Origin: Camelus ferus
Taxonomy: Eukaryota
Reading direction: 5' to 3'
NCBI RefSeq assembly: GCF_009834535.1
Contig: NC_045697.1
Span: 81,656,001 to 81,720,000, forward strand
Length of the DNA: 64,000 bases
The notes below the pieces were generated by a model. The model saw only the letters and a program-made list of their open reading frames with translations, ran no database searches and was not told where the DNA came from. Positions 63,638 through 64,000 of the stretch are shown here, piece by piece; position 1 is the stretch's first letter; each line of letters begins with the position of its first letter. A program made the position numbers and the translations under genes.

Positions 63638-64000
63638 TGAAAGGAATTTTGCTTCTTCTCCTCGCTATGTCTCTAACAGTTTTCATGGTATAACAAAATA
63701 AAGTTTCCGATAGAAATCTACTGCCAATAAAATTAAATGTCAGGTAGCATGAAAGCAGACATATAACTGGTGAGGTCCCCACTTTATTTCTTCAGAGGCT
63801 TTCAGATAAAAAAATCCTTCATAAAGGTATCAATTTGAGAAGAAGATAGCAATGTTCTGATAGCAAAATGAGAGTAATCATAGTCCCGGCTTCCTAACTA
63901 TAATGAACGCAGTTAGCCTTTTTGATAAAAAAAAAAATTTTAATGTGACTTTTACTATTATAATATTAAAATTCATTGCTAATAATATCTTCCCATTCAC

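Noticed and set aside
1..64000. Novel prokaryotic or viral system, CRISPR array, NUMT or processed pseudogene
   Set aside because: No long ORFs, repeat-spacer arrays, mitochondrial-like or mRNA-like segments were seen. The content is typical mammalian TE-rich non-coding DNA.

Overview
This is AT-rich, CpG-depleted mammalian nuclear DNA, intergenic or deep intronic, and dominated by transposable-element fossils. A tRNA-Ala-derived SINE of the vic-1 type, with no Alu, B1, Bov-A/B, PRE or CAN SINEs seen, points to a camelid genome. I found no recognisable host protein-coding exon, RNA gene or prokaryote-style system. The only ORF-track entries I can assign to real protein families are LINE-1 ORF1/ORF2 remnants. 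The notable structures are TE architecture: (i) an ancient ERV-L provirus remnant (integrase and dUTPase fossils, PPT, LTR33-like LTR; about 4.35-7.3 kb) with five nested insertions; (ii) two pairs of related ERV1-type solo LTRs, each with its own 4-bp TSD; (iii) atypical L1 insertions, including a tail-less internal ORF2 piece with a perfect TSD, ~50-110 bp micro-insertions and a twin-priming inversion; (iv) an old L1 retaining ORF1 but lacking most of RT. Two repeat-free islands (about 8.8-9.5 kb, minus; about 55.0-55.4 kb, plus) carry splice signals and are weak exon candidates. Repeat family names come from recalled consensus similarity and need RepeatMasker/Dfam confirmation. I do not see a previously undescribed biological system.
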